Assembly (NCBI GenBank): GCA_963782345.1
Contig: CAWAJF010000008.1
Span: forward strand, 67,946-131,945
From: an uncultured Solirubrobacterales bacterium
Lineage (GTDB): Bacteria; Actinomycetota; Thermoleophilia; Solirubrobacterales; 70-9
DNA length: 64,000 nucleotides
Direction of reading: 5' to 3'
Each line of letters starts with the position of its first letter. The stretch's first letter is position 1. Under the pieces are notes generated by a model. That model ran no database searches and was not told the origin of the DNA. It was given only the letters and a program-made list of their open reading frames with translations. The translations under genes and the position numbers were made by a program. Below, one piece after another: positions 9,711-20,660 of the stretch.

Positions 9711-11105
9711 TTATACCCGGCCCGCCCGCTGTGCGCTCCGGTCGCCCCTGCCCTTGCGGGGCACGTAATCGATCACCAGCGGGACACCCTCGAGCGAGTA
9801 CTGATCGCGAAGCCTGTTCTCGAGGTGGAAGGCCCAATCGCGGGTGATCAGCCTGCGGTCGTTCACCTGGATCGCGAAGCGCGGTGGGCGCCTGCCGAAC
9901 TGGGCGGCGTAGTAGAGCCGCAGGCGGCGGCCGTGGCGCTGCGGCGGCGGGCGGTCGGCAACCACCGTCGCGATGAACTTGTTGAGCTCCGGCGTGGCGA
10001 TCCGCTCGGCCGATCGCTCGGCGAGAACGATCGCCTGCCGCAGGACTGCGCCGATGCCGCGCCCGGTGACGGCCGAGCAGGTCAGGACCGGCGGCCGGAG
10101 CCGGTTCTTCTGCTTGACCCGGGCCCGTGCGTCTTCGAGGTCGGTGCGCGAGGCATCCCATTTGTTCAGCGCGAGGACGCTGGCGCACCCCGAGCGCATG
10201 GCGAGCTCGGCGACCCGCAGGTCCTCCGAGGTGACGCCCTCGGTCGCGTCACAGACGACGATCGCAGCGTCGGCCCGTTCCGCCGCTCGCTCGGAGCGCA
10301 GCTGCGCGTAGTAGCCGACCGTGCCCGCGACCTTTCCCCGGCGGCGCAGCCCGGCGGTGTCGACCAGCACGATGCGCTTGCCGGCCACCTCGGCCTCGGT
10401 GTCGACCGGGTCGCGGGTGGTCCCGGCGACGTCGCTGACGATCACCCGCTCGGAGCCGAGCAGGGCGTTCAGCAGAGAGGACTTGCCGACGTTCGGGCGG
10501 CCGAGGATCGCGACGCGGGGGGTTTCGTCCTCGTCGCCCTCCACATCCTCCACGGTGTGCCGGCGGAGCTCCTCCACGAGGCGGTCGAGCAGGTCGCCGG
10601 TACCGAGACCGTGGCTCGCCGATACGGGCAGCGGCTCGCCGAGGCCGAGCCCGTTGAGCTCCGCGGCCATCGCCTCGTCCTCGACCCGGTCGATCTTGTT
10701 CGCGGCCACGACGACCGGCCGGCCGGAGCGGCGCAGCAGGTCGGCGAGCTCGGCGTCGCCGGGTCCGAGCCCGGCGCGGGCGTCCACCACGATCAGGATC
10801 ACCTCGGCCTCGTCGATCGCCATCCGCGCCTGCGACTGGACGGCGCGCGCCAGCGCGTCGGCGTCCGCGAGGTCGACGCCGCCGGTGTCGATCAGGTCGA
10901 AGCTGAGGCCGTTCCATTCGCACTCCAGCGCGCGCCGGTCGCGCGTGACGCCCGGCTCGGCGTCCACGACCGCCTCCCGGCCTCCGGCGAGGCGGTTGAC
11001 GAGCGTGCTCTTCCCCGCGTTCGGGAAGCCGACGACCGCGACGGCCGGGCGGCGGCGCAGGGCGCGGGCGTGTGGCCCGGGGCTCGCGCCGGCTCCCTCC
11101 ATCAC
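9711..11105 (-). CDS. der: ribosome-associated GTPase Der (EngA)
   Basis: 464 aa with two GTPase domains carrying P-loops GFPNAGKST and GRPNVGKSS, plus a KH-like C-terminus. Its start overlaps the cmk stop. Confidence 0.9.
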   Translation of the reverse strand: MMEGAGASPGPHARALRRRPAVAVVGFPNAGKSTLVNRLAGGREAVVDAEPGVTRDRRALECEWNGLSFDLIDTGGVDLADADALARAVQSQARMAIDEAEVILIVVDARAGLGPGDAELADLLRRSGRPVVVAANKIDRVEDEAMAAELNGLGLGEPLPVSASHGLGTGDLLDRLVEELRRHTVEDVEGDEDETPRVAILGRPNVGKSSLLNALLGSERVIVSDVAGTTRDPVDTEAEVAGKRIVLVDTAGLRRRGKVAGTVGYYAQLRSERAAERADAAIVVCDATEGVTSEDLRVAELAMRSGCASVLALNKWDASRTDLEDARARVKQKNRLRPPVLTCSAVTGRGIGAVLRQAIVLAERSAERIATPELNKFIATVVADRPPPQRHGRRLRLYYAAQFGRRPPRFAIQVNDRRLITRDWAFHLENRLRDQYSLEGVPLVIDYVPRKGRGDRSAQRAGRV

Positions 11106-11740
11106 GCGATCCCTCGCTCGCGGGCGAGATCGGCGATCCGCTCGACGACCTGCTCGGGCGTCAGCTCGGTGGTGTCCACCGCGACCGAGTCGTCGGCGGC
11201 GCGGAGGGCGCCGTGCTTGCGACCCTCGTCCCGCCGGTCCCGCTCGTCGATTGCCTCGCGCACCGCGGCGACCGGCTGCCCGGTCTCGGCGGCTCGACGG
11301 CGGGCGCGCTCCTCCTCGCTCGCGGTCAGAAACACCTTCAGCGGAGAGTCGGGGCTGACGACGGTTCCGATGTCACGGCCCTCCGCGACGTAGTTGCGGG
11401 CCGCGATCAGCTCACGCTGGCGCTTCACCATCGCCTGCCGTACCTGCGGGTGCACCGAGACCTTGGAGGCCGCGATGGTCACCTCGGGCGAGCGGATCCT
11501 GCCGCCGACGGGCTTGCCGTCGAGCTGGACCGAATCGCCGTCGAAGCCGATGTCGAGGCTCCACGCCATCTCCCCCAGCCGCTCACCGTCCTCGAGCCTC
11601 ATGCGCCGGTCGAGCGCGGCGAGGGCCACGCAGCGGTACATGGCCCCGGAATCGAGGTAGGTGAAGCCGAGTGCCCTTGCGACGCCCCTGGCCACGGTGG
11701 ACTTACCGGCCCCGGCGGGGCCGTCGATCGCGATCACCAT
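11102..11740 (-). CDS. cmk: cytidylate kinase
   Basis: ORF 11102..12151. The conserved start [15 protein letters not shown] sits at the ATG at 11740. The upstream part of the ORF is non-coding-like and overlaps the cupin gene on the other strand. Confidence 0.9.
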   Translation of the reverse strand: MVIAIDGPAGAGKSTVARGVARALGFTYLDSGAMYRCVALAALDRRMRLEDGERLGEMAWSLDIGFDGDSVQLDGKPVGGRIRSPEVTIAASKVSVHPQVRQAMVKRQRELIAARNYVAEGRDIGTVVSPDSPLKVFLTASEEERARRRAAETGQPVAAVREAIDERDRRDEGRKHGALRAADDSVAVDTTELTPEQVVERIADLARERGIA

Positions 11741-11792
11741 TCCCCCATTAAACGGGTAGCGCCTTCGTTCCAGCGGTTTCATCGATGCGGGC

Positions 11793-12155
11793 GTGGATAT
11801 AGAGTGCTCCGTGCCAATGGAGAGCTGGAACCTCAACGAGCTGCCGGTCGAGCCACGCCAGCCGCAGGTCCTCGACTCCGAGTCCGAGGGCCGGGCGATC
11901 GTCATCAACCTGCCCAAGGGCGAGCAGCTCCAGGAGCACCAGGTGCACGAGCGCGCCTGGGTCCTCGTGATCGAGGGGATGATCGGAATCGCGACTCCGG
12001 ACGGCGACTCGGCTGAGGGCTCGACGGGGCTGCTGGCGATCTTCGATCCAGCGGAGCGCCACGAGGTGACGGCCCTCGAGGACGCTCGCATCCTCCTCGT
12101 GCTGGCGCCCTGGCCGGGCGACGGGCACCCATCAGCGCCCAGCCGCTCCACTTGA
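11793..12155 (+). CDS. cupin domain protein
   Basis: 120 aa. The pattern G..L.EHQVHE...VLVIEG...GD...FDP.ERHEV fits the two cupin motifs. Confidence 0.65.
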   Translation: MDIECSVPMESWNLNELPVEPRQPQVLDSESEGRAIVINLPKGEQLQEHQVHERAWVLVIEGMIGIATPDGDSAEGSTGLLAIFDPAERHEVTALEDARILLVLAPWPGDGHPSAPSRST

Positions 12156-12156
12156 A

Positions 12157-12175
12157 GCGGCGGCGCAGCCGCCGC
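12157..12175. terminator. GC-rich hairpin between convergent cupin and aroA genes
   Basis: GCGGCGGC-GCA-GCCGCCGC, an 8-bp perfect stem starting 2 nt after the cupin stop. There is no clear U-tract, so terminator function is inferred. Confidence 0.35.
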
Positions 12176-12220
12176 GCCTGATTCTGGCGGCGCCAGGCGC
12201 TGTATCTGATGGCGAAGCCG

Positions 12221-13543
12221 TCAGCCGGTAAGCGCGCGCAGGTCGCGCTCGAAGCGCGGGTAGCTCACCGCGACCGCCTCGAAGCCGTTGACCTCGACGC
12301 CTTCCCTCGAGGCCAGGCCCGCGATCGCGCCGACCATCGCCAGGCGGTGATCGCCGCGGGCGTCGAGCGTCCCGCCGCGCAGACCGCCGGTGCCCCGGAC
12401 CGCGAACCCGTCGGACCGCGCCTCGATCTCGGCGCCGAGGCCCGCCAGGCCCTCGACCACTCCCGCGATCCGATCGGACTCCTTGGCCCTGAGCTCCTCG
12501 GCGCCTTCGACCACGGTCTCCCCTTCCGCGAAGCAGGCGAGCAGCCCCAGCAGCGGCAGCTCGTCGATCGTGGCCGGGACGTCCGCGGCGGTGATCGTGG
12601 CCCCATGCAGCGGAGCGTCTCGCACCTGCAGCGTCGCGATCGGCTCGGGCCCGGGCTCCCGGATCTCGCGCACGGTCATCGCCCTGCCCTTCTCATGCGC
12701 CGCGCCCATCTCGACCCCCATCCGGGAGAGGATCCCGAGCAGGCCGATCCGGTGGCGGTTGATGCCGACCTCGCGCACCGCGATCTCACTTCCCGGCATC
12801 ACCAGGGCGGCCGCGATGAAGAAGGCGGCTGAGGAGAAGTCTCCCGGCACCGGCACGTCGCCCGCCTCCAGACGCTCGGCTGGGGAGACGATCAGCGTCT
12901 CGTCCTCCCGGCGGATCGAAGCGCCCATCGCCGCGAGCATTCGCTCGGTGTGGTCGCGAGTACCGAGCGGCTCGTGGATCGCCGTCTCGCCGTCGGCCAG
13001 CAGGCCGGCGAGGAGCAGGCATGACTTGACCTGGGCGCTTGCGACCGGCATCTCGTAGTCGATTCCGTGCAGCCGCGAGCCGCGGATGCGCAGCGGCGGC
13101 AGCCTGCCATCGCGGCATTCCACCTCGGCTCCCATCAGCCGCAGCGGCTCGGCGATTCGGTCGACAGGGCGGCGCCGGATCGAATCGTCCCCGTCGAAGG
13201 TCCATTCGCCGTGCGGCTGTCCCGAGAGCCAGCCGGGCATGATCCGCAGCAGCGTCCCGGCATTGCGGACGTCGATCTCCGCCGAGCGGGCGCCTCGCAG
13301 GCCTACTCCCTCGACCTCGACGAACAACCCGCCGTGGTCGTCGGCCTCGCCCTCCCGGACCTCCGCCCCGACCGCCGCGACCGCGCGCAGCGTCGCCCTC
13401 GTGTCCTCGGAGTCGAGGTAGCCGGTGATCCTGGTCGGGCCGTCGGCCATCGCCCCGACCAGGGCAGCCCGGTGGGTGACCGACTTGTCCGGGGGCGGGC
13501 GCAGCTCGCCCCTCAGCGCTCCGGCGGGGTCGAACCGCGTCAT
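12221..13543 (-). CDS. aroA: 3-phosphoshikimate 1-carboxyvinyltransferase (EPSP synthase)
   Basis: ORF 12221..13825. The conserved N-terminus MTRFDPAGALRGELRPPPDKSVTHRAAL begins at ATG 13543, overlapping the tyrA stop as ATGA. Confidence 0.9.
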   Translation of the reverse strand: MTRFDPAGALRGELRPPPDKSVTHRAALVGAMADGPTRITGYLDSEDTRATLRAVAAVGAEVREGEADDHGGLFVEVEGVGLRGARSAEIDVRNAGTLLRIMPGWLSGQPHGEWTFDGDDSIRRRPVDRIAEPLRLMGAEVECRDGRLPPLRIRGSRLHGIDYEMPVASAQVKSCLLLAGLLADGETAIHEPLGTRDHTERMLAAMGASIRREDETLIVSPAERLEAGDVPVPGDFSSAAFFIAAALVMPGSEIAVREVGINRHRIGLLGILSRMGVEMGAAHEKGRAMTVREIREPGPEPIATLQVRDAPLHGATITAADVPATIDELPLLGLLACFAEGETVVEGAEELRAKESDRIAGVVEGLAGLGAEIEARSDGFAVRGTGGLRGGTLDARGDHRLAMVGAIAGLASREGVEVNGFEAVAVSYPRFERDLRALTG

Positions 13544-14616
13544 TCGGCCCGCGAGACGTCGTGGCCGAGGTCCCGCACGAGCCGTTCGGCGCGCTCGGCC
13601 TCTTCGTCGCCGGCGACGTACAGCGAGATCGCGCCCGAGGTCATGTCCGCCGAGGGATAGAGCGCCATGTCCTCGATGTTGACGCCCGCGCGCCCGAGCT
13701 CCAGGGCCACCTCGGCGACGATCCCCGGGCGGTTCGGGACTCGCACCCGCAGCTCGTGGAGCGGCCCGCCGGCGATCTCGGCATCGATCAGCTCGCGACG
13801 GCGGCGCCCCGCGTGCTCCTGCCACGCGATCAGGGCGTTCTGATCCCCCGAGCGCACGAGCGCGGCCGCCTCGCCGAGGCGCCCGATGGCGGCGTCGATC
13901 TCGGAGGCGACCGCCTCCCGGTTCCCCGCGAAGATGTCGCTCCAGATCGCCGGGTTCGCGCCCGCCACCCTCGTGGCGTCGCGGAAGCTCGGGCCCACCT
14001 CGGGCAGGTGCTCGGCTTCCTCGCTCAGTGCCGTCGCGGCCTGCGCCACGAGGATGTTGGCGACGACGTGCGGCAGGTGGCTGATCGTCGCCATCAGCCG
14101 GTCGTGCGTCTCGGCCTCGATCGCCTGCGGTCGGCCGCCGATGTCGGCGATTGCCCGCTGGACGCGGTCATAGAGCATCCCGCCGGTCGTCGGGGTCGGG
14201 GTCAGGTACCACCGGGCACCCTCGAAGAGGTCGGCGTGCGAGTTCTCCACGCCCGAGGTCTCGGCGCCCGCGAGAGGATGCCCGCCGATGAAGCGGCTGT
14301 CCGAGCCGAGCGCCGCGATCACGTCGCGCTTCACGGAGCCGACGTCGGTGACCGCGCAGTCCTCCCCTGCGGCCTCGAGGGCCTCAGCGGCGAGCTCGGG
14401 CAGCGCCATCACGGGCGCGGCACAGAAGACGAGATCGGCGTCCTGGACGGCGGATCCGACCGAGTCGTGGGCGACGTCGATCGCCCCGAGCTCGGTCGCC
14501 CGGCCGAGCAGCTCGCGGTCGGGATCGAACCCGGCCACCTCGGCGTCGAGTCTGGCGCGGGCGGCGAGTCCGATCGAACCACCGATCAGCCCCACGCCGA
14601 GGACGGCGATCTTCAT
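13540..14616 (-). CDS. tyrA: prephenate dehydrogenase
   Basis: 358 aa with the Rossmann start MKIAVLGVGLIGGS, a prephenate dehydrogenase core and an ACT-like C-terminus. Confidence 0.85.
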   Translation of the reverse strand: MKIAVLGVGLIGGSIGLAARARLDAEVAGFDPDRELLGRATELGAIDVAHDSVGSAVQDADLVFCAAPVMALPELAAEALEAAGEDCAVTDVGSVKRDVIAALGSDSRFIGGHPLAGAETSGVENSHADLFEGARWYLTPTPTTGGMLYDRVQRAIADIGGRPQAIEAETHDRLMATISHLPHVVANILVAQAATALSEEAEHLPEVGPSFRDATRVAGANPAIWSDIFAGNREAVASEIDAAIGRLGEAAALVRSGDQNALIAWQEHAGRRRRELIDAEIAGGPLHELRVRVPNRPGIVAEVALELGRAGVNIEDMALYPSADMTSGAISLYVAGDEEAERAERLVRDLGHDVSRAE

Positions 14617-14617
14617 G

Positions 14618-15712
<1,095 letters not shown>

Positions 15713-15872
15713 CCTGAAGCCTCTTCTTTCTACTGGTCTGGCGGCGATCCTTGGGTCGCGGCAAGGGAACCGTGGGAGGCGGCGCCCGGCGGGAGAATCT
15801 GCGTCAGCGGCTAATGGCAGCCGCGGGCCGGACGCCTAGGTAAATCGCCAAAAGTAGAAATACGCGCGCGTG

Positions 15873-15891
15873 CGAGCCGTGTATCGGCTCG
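15873..15891 (-). terminator. hairpin plus U-rich tract downstream of hisC
   Basis: The minus strand reads CGAGCCG-AUACA-CGGCUCG, followed 10 nt later by UAUUUCUACUUUU. It lies in the 252-nt gap between hisC and the DAHP synthase gene. Function is inferred. Confidence 0.3.
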
Positions 15892-15964
15892 TGGGAGAAG
15901 CGATGTGCGCGTCGTGCTGCATGTGCGGACATTGAAGCAGACCGCACGTGCGACGTCGAAGGGA

Positions 15965-17059
15965 TCAGGCCGCGATCTCGCCGATTGCGGCGAGAAAGCG
16001 CTCGTTCTCGGCGCGCGTGCCGTAACTGACTCGCAGGCAGCCGGGCCCGCCGAGCGGAGTGCCGGGCCTGACGGCGACCCCGGCCTTGGTGAGCGACTCG
16101 ACGACCTCCCCCTCGTCCAGCTCGCCGAGCTCGATCCAGGCGAAGTTGGTCTGCGAGTCAGCCGTCGTGAAGCCCATCTCGTGCAGGGCGTCCTCGACGA
16201 AGACGCGCTCGATCAGGTTCTTCTCCACCCGGTCGGCGACGTCGTCCTGGTGGCGGACGGCCTCGGCGGCGGCCGCCTGCGCGAGGGCGTTGACGCTGAA
16301 GGGCTGGCGAACGGCGTTCACCGCTGCGCGGAACTGTGGCGAGCAGAGCGCGTAGCCCACCCGCAGGCCCGCCAGCCCGTGGCACTTGCTGAAGGTCCGC
16401 AGCAGGACGACGTTCGGGTGCTTTGCGAGCAGGTCCATCGTCGCGTCCGGGTCGTCGTTGGTCTGGTACTCGATGTAGGCCTCGTCGAGGATGATCGTCG
16501 TCCGCGACGGGACGTTCTCGACGAAGGCCCCGATCCGCTCCGCCGGCAGGTGGGTGCCGGTCGGGTTGTTGGGGTTGCAGACGATCAAGAGCTGCGTGGC
16601 GGCGGTGACCTCCTCGAGCATCGCATCGAGGTCGTGGACGTATCCCTCGGCGAGCGGCACCTGGATCTCCCGCGCGCCGGAGAGCGCCGGAAGGTGGGGA
16701 TAGATGGAGAACGACGGCCAGGCGTAGAGGATCTCGTCGCCGGGCTCGCAGAGCGCCAGGGCGGCGGCGAGCAGGATCTCGCAGGAGCCGTTGGAGACGG
16801 CGATCCGCGCCGGGTCGGTGTCGTGCCGGTTCGCGATCTCGCGGCGCAGCGCCCGCGCCTCCGGATCCGGGTAGCGGTTGACCTCCGAGGCGGCGCGAGC
16901 GATCGCGTCGACCACGTCCGGGTGTGGCGGAAGCGGCGACTCGTTCGAGGCGAGCTTGACCGCGTCGGCGGTCTCGGCCCGAGCCTTGGCGTCGTCGAGC
17001 GAGGTGCCCGGCTCATAGTGCGGGATGCGGGAGAGCTTCTCGGCGAAGGTGACGGTCAT
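15965..17059 (-). CDS. hisC: histidinol-phosphate / aromatic aminotransferase (class II)
   Basis: 364 aa with LASNESP, YPDPEA and the PLP-lysine region FSKCHGLAGLRVGY. Its position in an aromatic amino-acid operon suggests it may also act on phenylpyruvate or prephenate. Confidence 0.85.
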   Translation of the reverse strand: MTVTFAEKLSRIPHYEPGTSLDDAKARAETADAVKLASNESPLPPHPDVVDAIARAASEVNRYPDPEARALRREIANRHDTDPARIAVSNGSCEILLAAALALCEPGDEILYAWPSFSIYPHLPALSGAREIQVPLAEGYVHDLDAMLEEVTAATQLLIVCNPNNPTGTHLPAERIGAFVENVPSRTTIILDEAYIEYQTNDDPDATMDLLAKHPNVVLLRTFSKCHGLAGLRVGYALCSPQFRAAVNAVRQPFSVNALAQAAAAEAVRHQDDVADRVEKNLIERVFVEDALHEMGFTTADSQTNFAWIELGELDEGEVVESLTKAGVAVRPGTPLGGPGCLRVSYGTRAENERFLAAIGEIAA

Positions 17060-17736
17060 CGGGCGTCCATTGTGACGGGTCGGCTGAACCGGACGGCCGG
17101 CTCCCCGGAGCGTGCGTGGATCTTCTCGGCTCCATCGAGACGCCAGCCGTGCCGCTCGTACAGGGCGATGGCGGGAGCGTTCTCCCGGAAGGTCCAGAGC
17201 ACCACCTGGCCGTAGGGCAGGGCCGCCAGGCGCTCCAGCGTGGCTCGGACCAGAGCGTCGCCCGCGCCCTTTCGCCAGTGGACGGGGTCCACGTACAGGG
17301 CACCCAACTCGGCCGCCGCGCGGCCGAGATCGGATTCATTCGACGGTGCGGCGACGTAGCAGTAGCCGGCGAAGGCGCCGTCGATCTCGGCAACGCACGT
17401 GAAGGCATCCTCGACAGGCCGGCGCAGGCCGACGCCGATCTCGTGGCGCCAGCGGTCGGTCGGCAGGTTGGCGAGCCGCTCGGGGGAGACGATGTCGCGG
17501 TAGCCGGCGCGCCAGCCGGCGACGGTCACCGAGACGATCGCCTCGGTGTCCTCCGGGGTCGCCTCACGGATCTCCAGGGTTACTGCGGTTACTGCGCCGC
17601 CTTCAAGTCGGAGCGAAGCTCCTGGGCCTCGCCGAGATAGGCATGGACCGGGGTGTGGTCGGCGGGCGCGTAGTAATGCACGAGAGTGCGGACGACGGAT
17701 CGCATCGCGCCCGGCACGTCGATCTCCTGCGCGCAC
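17056..17736 (-). CDS. GNAT family N-acetyltransferase
   Basis: Maximal ORF 17056..17736. The GNAT core runs from LEIREATPEDTEAI to the acetyl-CoA motif VDPVHWRKGAGDAL. The only ATG, GTG or TTG start (ATG 17736) would overlap aroH by ~148 nt, and the nearest in-frame alternative is CTG at 17577. Start unresolved. Confidence 0.7.
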   Translation of the reverse strand: MRAGDRRAGRDAIRRPHSRALLRARRPHPGPCLSRRGPGASLRLEGGAVTAVTLEIREATPEDTEAIVSVTVAGWRAGYRDIVSPERLANLPTDRWRHEIGVGLRRPVEDAFTCVAEIDGAFAGYCYVAAPSNESDLGRAAAELGALYVDPVHWRKGAGDALVRATLERLAALPYGQVVLWTFRENAPAIALYERHGWRLDGAEKIHARSGEPAVRFSRPVTMDAR

Positions 17737-17966
17737 AGCAGCGGCACCGAGTCGAGACCGAGGTTCCGGGCGGCCACCGCCGGGAACTCCGCGTTCAGAT
17801 CGTGCGTCGAGGTGAAGATGCAGCTCACCATCCGATCGACCGTCAGGTCGTTGCGCGACATCAGCTCGCGCATCAGCTCCTCGGTCGCCGCGACGATCGT
17901 GTCGGGGTTGTTGCTCGGGGAGTTGGTGGCGCCACGCACGGCCCAGAGTCTCAGCTCGTCGGTCAT
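17589..17966 (-). CDS. aroH: chorismate mutase, AroH type
   Basis: 125 aa with RGATNSPSNNPDTI...SCIFTSTHDLNAEFPAVAAR...VPLLCAQEIDVPG, the monofunctional AroH pattern. Its start overlaps the rluB stop. Confidence 0.85.
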   Translation of the reverse strand: MTDELRLWAVRGATNSPSNNPDTIVAATEELMRELMSRNDLTVDRMVSCIFTSTHDLNAEFPAVAARNLGLDSVPLLCAQEIDVPGAMRSVVRTLVHYYAPADHTPVHAYLGEAQELRSDLKAAQ

Positions 17967-18658
17967 CGACCGGAATCTTCCCAGAGCGCGGCTACCTCCT
18001 TCGCCTCGAGGCGGCGGGCCTCGCCGCGCCGGAGCTCTCCCAGTGCCAGGGAGCCGATCCGAATCCGGCTGAGGGACTCGACCTCGTGGCCGATCGCCTC
18101 GGCCATGCGGCGCACCTGGCGCTTGCGCCCCTCGCGGATCGTCACCTCGATCTCGCGCCCGCCTCGGCGCTCGACCTCGGCTGGGGCCGCCGGTCCGTCC
18201 TCGAGGCGGACGCCGCTCCGCAGCCGGTCCAGGTCGGCGTCCGAGGGCCGCCGGGAAAGCCGAACCCGGTAGGCCTTGGGGACCGCGTAGCGAGGATGGG
18301 TGAGCCTGTTGGCGAGCTCGCCGTCGTTGGTCAGCAGAATCAGTCCGGTCGAGTCGGCATCGAGCCGGCCGACCGGATAGAGGCGTCGTTCGGAGTCGAC
18401 GAGCTCGGTGACCGCGCGCCGCTTCCCCGGCTCGCTTGCGGTCGAGACGACCCCGGGCGGCTTGTTGAGCGCCCAGACCTCCCGGGGCTCGGGTGCCACC
18501 GGGCGGCCACTCATCCGGACGTCGGACTCCTCGCCGACGTCCCGGGCGGGATCGGTGACGATCTCGCCACCGACGCTGACCTTACCGGCCGCGATCAGCT
18601 CCTCGGCGGCGCGCCGGGACGCGACGCCGGCGTGGGCGAGGTACTTCGCAAGCCTCAC
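17963..18658 (-). CDS. rluB: pseudouridine synthase, RsuA/RluB family
   Basis: 231 aa with an S4 domain (RLAKYLAHAGVASRR) and the catalytic motif GRLDADSTGLILLTNDG. Confidence 0.85.
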   Translation of the reverse strand: MRLAKYLAHAGVASRRAAEELIAAGKVSVGGEIVTDPARDVGEESDVRMSGRPVAPEPREVWALNKPPGVVSTASEPGKRRAVTELVDSERRLYPVGRLDADSTGLILLTNDGELANRLTHPRYAVPKAYRVRLSRRPSDADLDRLRSGVRLEDGPAAPAEVERRGGREIEVTIREGRKRQVRRMAEAIGHEVESLSRIRIGSLALGELRRGEARRLEAKEVAALWEDSGR

Positions 18659-18665
18659 GACGGAG

Positions 18666-19343
18666 TCAGCAGTCGCCGAGCTTCGTGAGATCCGCGCGGT
18701 AGGTCTGCATGTCGGCGTGGGTCCAGTCGCCGTGTGTCTGACCCTTGAAGCGCGGGTCGAGCTCCTTGTAGAACGGCGAGGAGAGGCTCTCGCTGTGGCC
18801 GATCACCTGGCTGACGGGGATGCCGAACCGGCAGCGGAGCCATTGCGTGAAGCGCAGCGATCCCTTGAGCTGAGCGGGGCGGTTGAGGATGTCCTGGTCG
18901 GAGAAGCCGACGTGCTCGATCCCGATCGCCGTGTAGTTGAGCCCGACGACGTGGCGGCAGCGAATCGTGGGCGGGACGAACTTGTAGACCGCGCCCGAGG
19001 CGGCGACCGCGAAGTGCGAGCAGACGCCCGGCAGCTGGTGGAACTCGACATCGGCCCTGTCCGGCTTGAAGGTGTTGAAGATCGAGCTGATGCTGCCGGC
19101 GACGGCGTAGTGCTCGACGATCAGCTGCGGGTTGTTGAGCCGCCACTTGTACTGGCCGTAATGCCGTTTGGAGTACGCCGCCATCTCCCGCTTCCGCTTC
19201 TTCGGATAGGGGATCAGCTTCTTGTGGATCCGCGGCTTGGCGACGGCCGACGTCGCTGCCGTCGGCTGAGCCCCGGCGCCCGAGGCGGCGCCCGCGCCGA
19301 CGATCGCGGCGATCATCGCCATGGCGACGATCAGGCGGCTCAC
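18666..19343 (-). CDS. N-acetylmuramoyl-L-alanine amidase (Amidase_2/PGRP fold), secreted
   Basis: ORF 18666..19484. The GTG at 19343 gives a signal-peptide-like start (VSRLIVAMAMIAAIVGAGAASGAGA). The core has IVEHYAV, NYTAIGIEHVG and VIGHSE. The start lies 1 nt after the stop of the upstream M14 gene. Confidence 0.75.
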   Translation of the reverse strand: MSRLIVAMAMIAAIVGAGAASGAGAQPTAATSAVAKPRIHKKLIPYPKKRKREMAAYSKRHYGQYKWRLNNPQLIVEHYAVAGSISSIFNTFKPDRADVEFHQLPGVCSHFAVAASGAVYKFVPPTIRCRHVVGLNYTAIGIEHVGFSDQDILNRPAQLKGSLRFTQWLRCRFGIPVSQVIGHSESLSSPFYKELDPRFKGQTHGDWTHADMQTYRADLTKLGDC

Positions 19344-19344
19344 C

Positions 19345-20094
19345 TCAGCGGCCCTCCGCAACGGCCAACGCGGCCCGCGCCTGGCGATCCGCCGACGCGC
19401 CGCTGATCTTCCCCGCCGGCATCTCCACGACGAATGCGGCGCTGCCCGGGAAGGCGTGCATCTCCCAGGTGATCGCCGTGCCACGCAGGCCTTTGCCCCT
19501 GCAGCTCGTGTGCATGCCGACCAGCTTTGCGTACTCGACCGCGACCTGCGGTCTGCCCCCGCAGGCGAGGACCGCGCCCCACGGCTGGTGGTACCAGATC
19601 GACAGATCGGGGCGGATCCGCCGGGCGAACGCCATCACGGCCCTCGTCTCCGGCTCGGAGGACGGCCCTGTCCCCGGGTAGTAGCCGCTTGAATGTGGGA
19701 CGTCGCCTCGCCATCTGAAGGGGAAGTTCCGGTTCAGGTCCACCCCGTGCGCGTTCTTGCGCGCGTGTGCCCTCTGCCCATCGGGATTAACCGTCTGGAT
19801 CGCCCAGAGTTGCGTCCCCCGCAGTGAGGCTGCCTCCCGACGCGACCGGTGCTTGATTGCGCGGACGATCCGCAGGCCGGCGCGCTCGTCGCCGTGGATC
19901 ACTCCGACGACGAGCGCGACACGGATTCCCTGCGGGTCGCCGACCTGGACCGCGATGATCGCCCGCTTCTCGACGGACCTACCGAGGAGGACGCGGGCCG
20001 TCGCCTCTCCGGCTGCCGGATTCGCCGCCGCTCCTCCCCCGCTGCCCGCGACGACCGCTCCCAGAGCCAGCGCGGCTGCGAGCCAGACCCTCAC
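19345..20094 (-). CDS. M14 family zinc carboxypeptidase (murein peptide amidase-like), secreted
   Basis: 249 aa with a signal peptide (MRVWLAAALALGAVVAG) and the motifs HGDE, NPDG and DLNRNF. Confidence 0.75.
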   Translation of the reverse strand: MRVWLAAALALGAVVAGSGGGAAANPAAGEATARVLLGRSVEKRAIIAVQVGDPQGIRVALVVGVIHGDERAGLRIVRAIKHRSRREAASLRGTQLWAIQTVNPDGQRAHARKNAHGVDLNRNFPFRWRGDVPHSSGYYPGTGPSSEPETRAVMAFARRIRPDLSIWYHQPWGAVLACGGRPQVAVEYAKLVGMHTSCRGKGLRGTAITWEMHAFPGSAAFVVEMPAGKISGASADRQARAALAVAEGR

Positions 20095-20660
20095 TCGACC
20101 CGCTGCTCACCCGCCTTCAGGAGCCGCTCGCGCAGCTCCCGCTCGTCCTCCGGCGTCGGATCGAACTGCGCCGGGTCGGGCAGCGCGTCCAGGCCCGAGA
20201 GGCCGAAGAGCTTCTCGAAGAGCGGCGTCGTGCCGTAGGTGACGGCGCCGAACTGGGTTCGGCCCCGCTCCTCGATCATCCCCCGCTCGGCCAGGCTCGC
20301 GACCGCGGAGTCGGAGGAGACCCCGCGGATCCGCGCGACCTCGGGGCGCGATACCGGCTGCAGGTAGGCGACGATCGCGAGCACCTCCGCCTGTGCCTGG
20401 GTGAGCGGCGGCGTGCGCGGCTTGGCGAGCAGCCGGCGGGCGGCGGGCTCCGCCTCCTCGACGGCCGCGAGCGCATAGCCGCCGGCGACGCGCCGCAGGC
20501 GGACCCCTCGCCCGTCCTCCGTGAGGCTCCGATCGAGCGCCTCGAGCGCGTCCGCCACGGCCTCCTCCTCGATCTCGATCGCCTCGGCCAGATCCGACGC
20601 GGAGACCGGGTCCGGGGAGAGGAAGAGCAGCGCCTCGATCGTCTGCCCCAACCCGTTCAC
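20091..20660 (-). CDS. scpB: segregation and condensation protein B
   Basis: 189 aa with IEALLFLSPDPVS and tandem winged-helix domains. Overlaps the scpA stop. Confidence 0.9.
   Translation of the reverse strand: MNGLGQTIEALLFLSPDPVSASDLAEAIEIEEEAVADALEALDRSLTEDGRGVRLRRVAGGYALAAVEEAEPAARRLLAKPRTPPLTQAQAEVLAIVAYLQPVSRPEVARIRGVSSDSAVASLAERGMIEERGRTQFGAVTYGTTPLFEKLFGLSGLDALPDPAQFDPTPEDERELRERLLKAGEQRVE

Noticed and set aside
15713-15964. A leader-peptide attenuator for the DAHP synthase-tyrA-aroA operon. A 32-codon minus-strand ORF starts at 15931.
   Set aside because: The peptide (MSAHAARRAHRFSHEPIHGSHARVFLLLAIYL) has no run of Phe/Tyr/Trp codons. I could not draw alternative terminator and antiterminator helices. 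Only a hairpin with a U-rich tract is reported.
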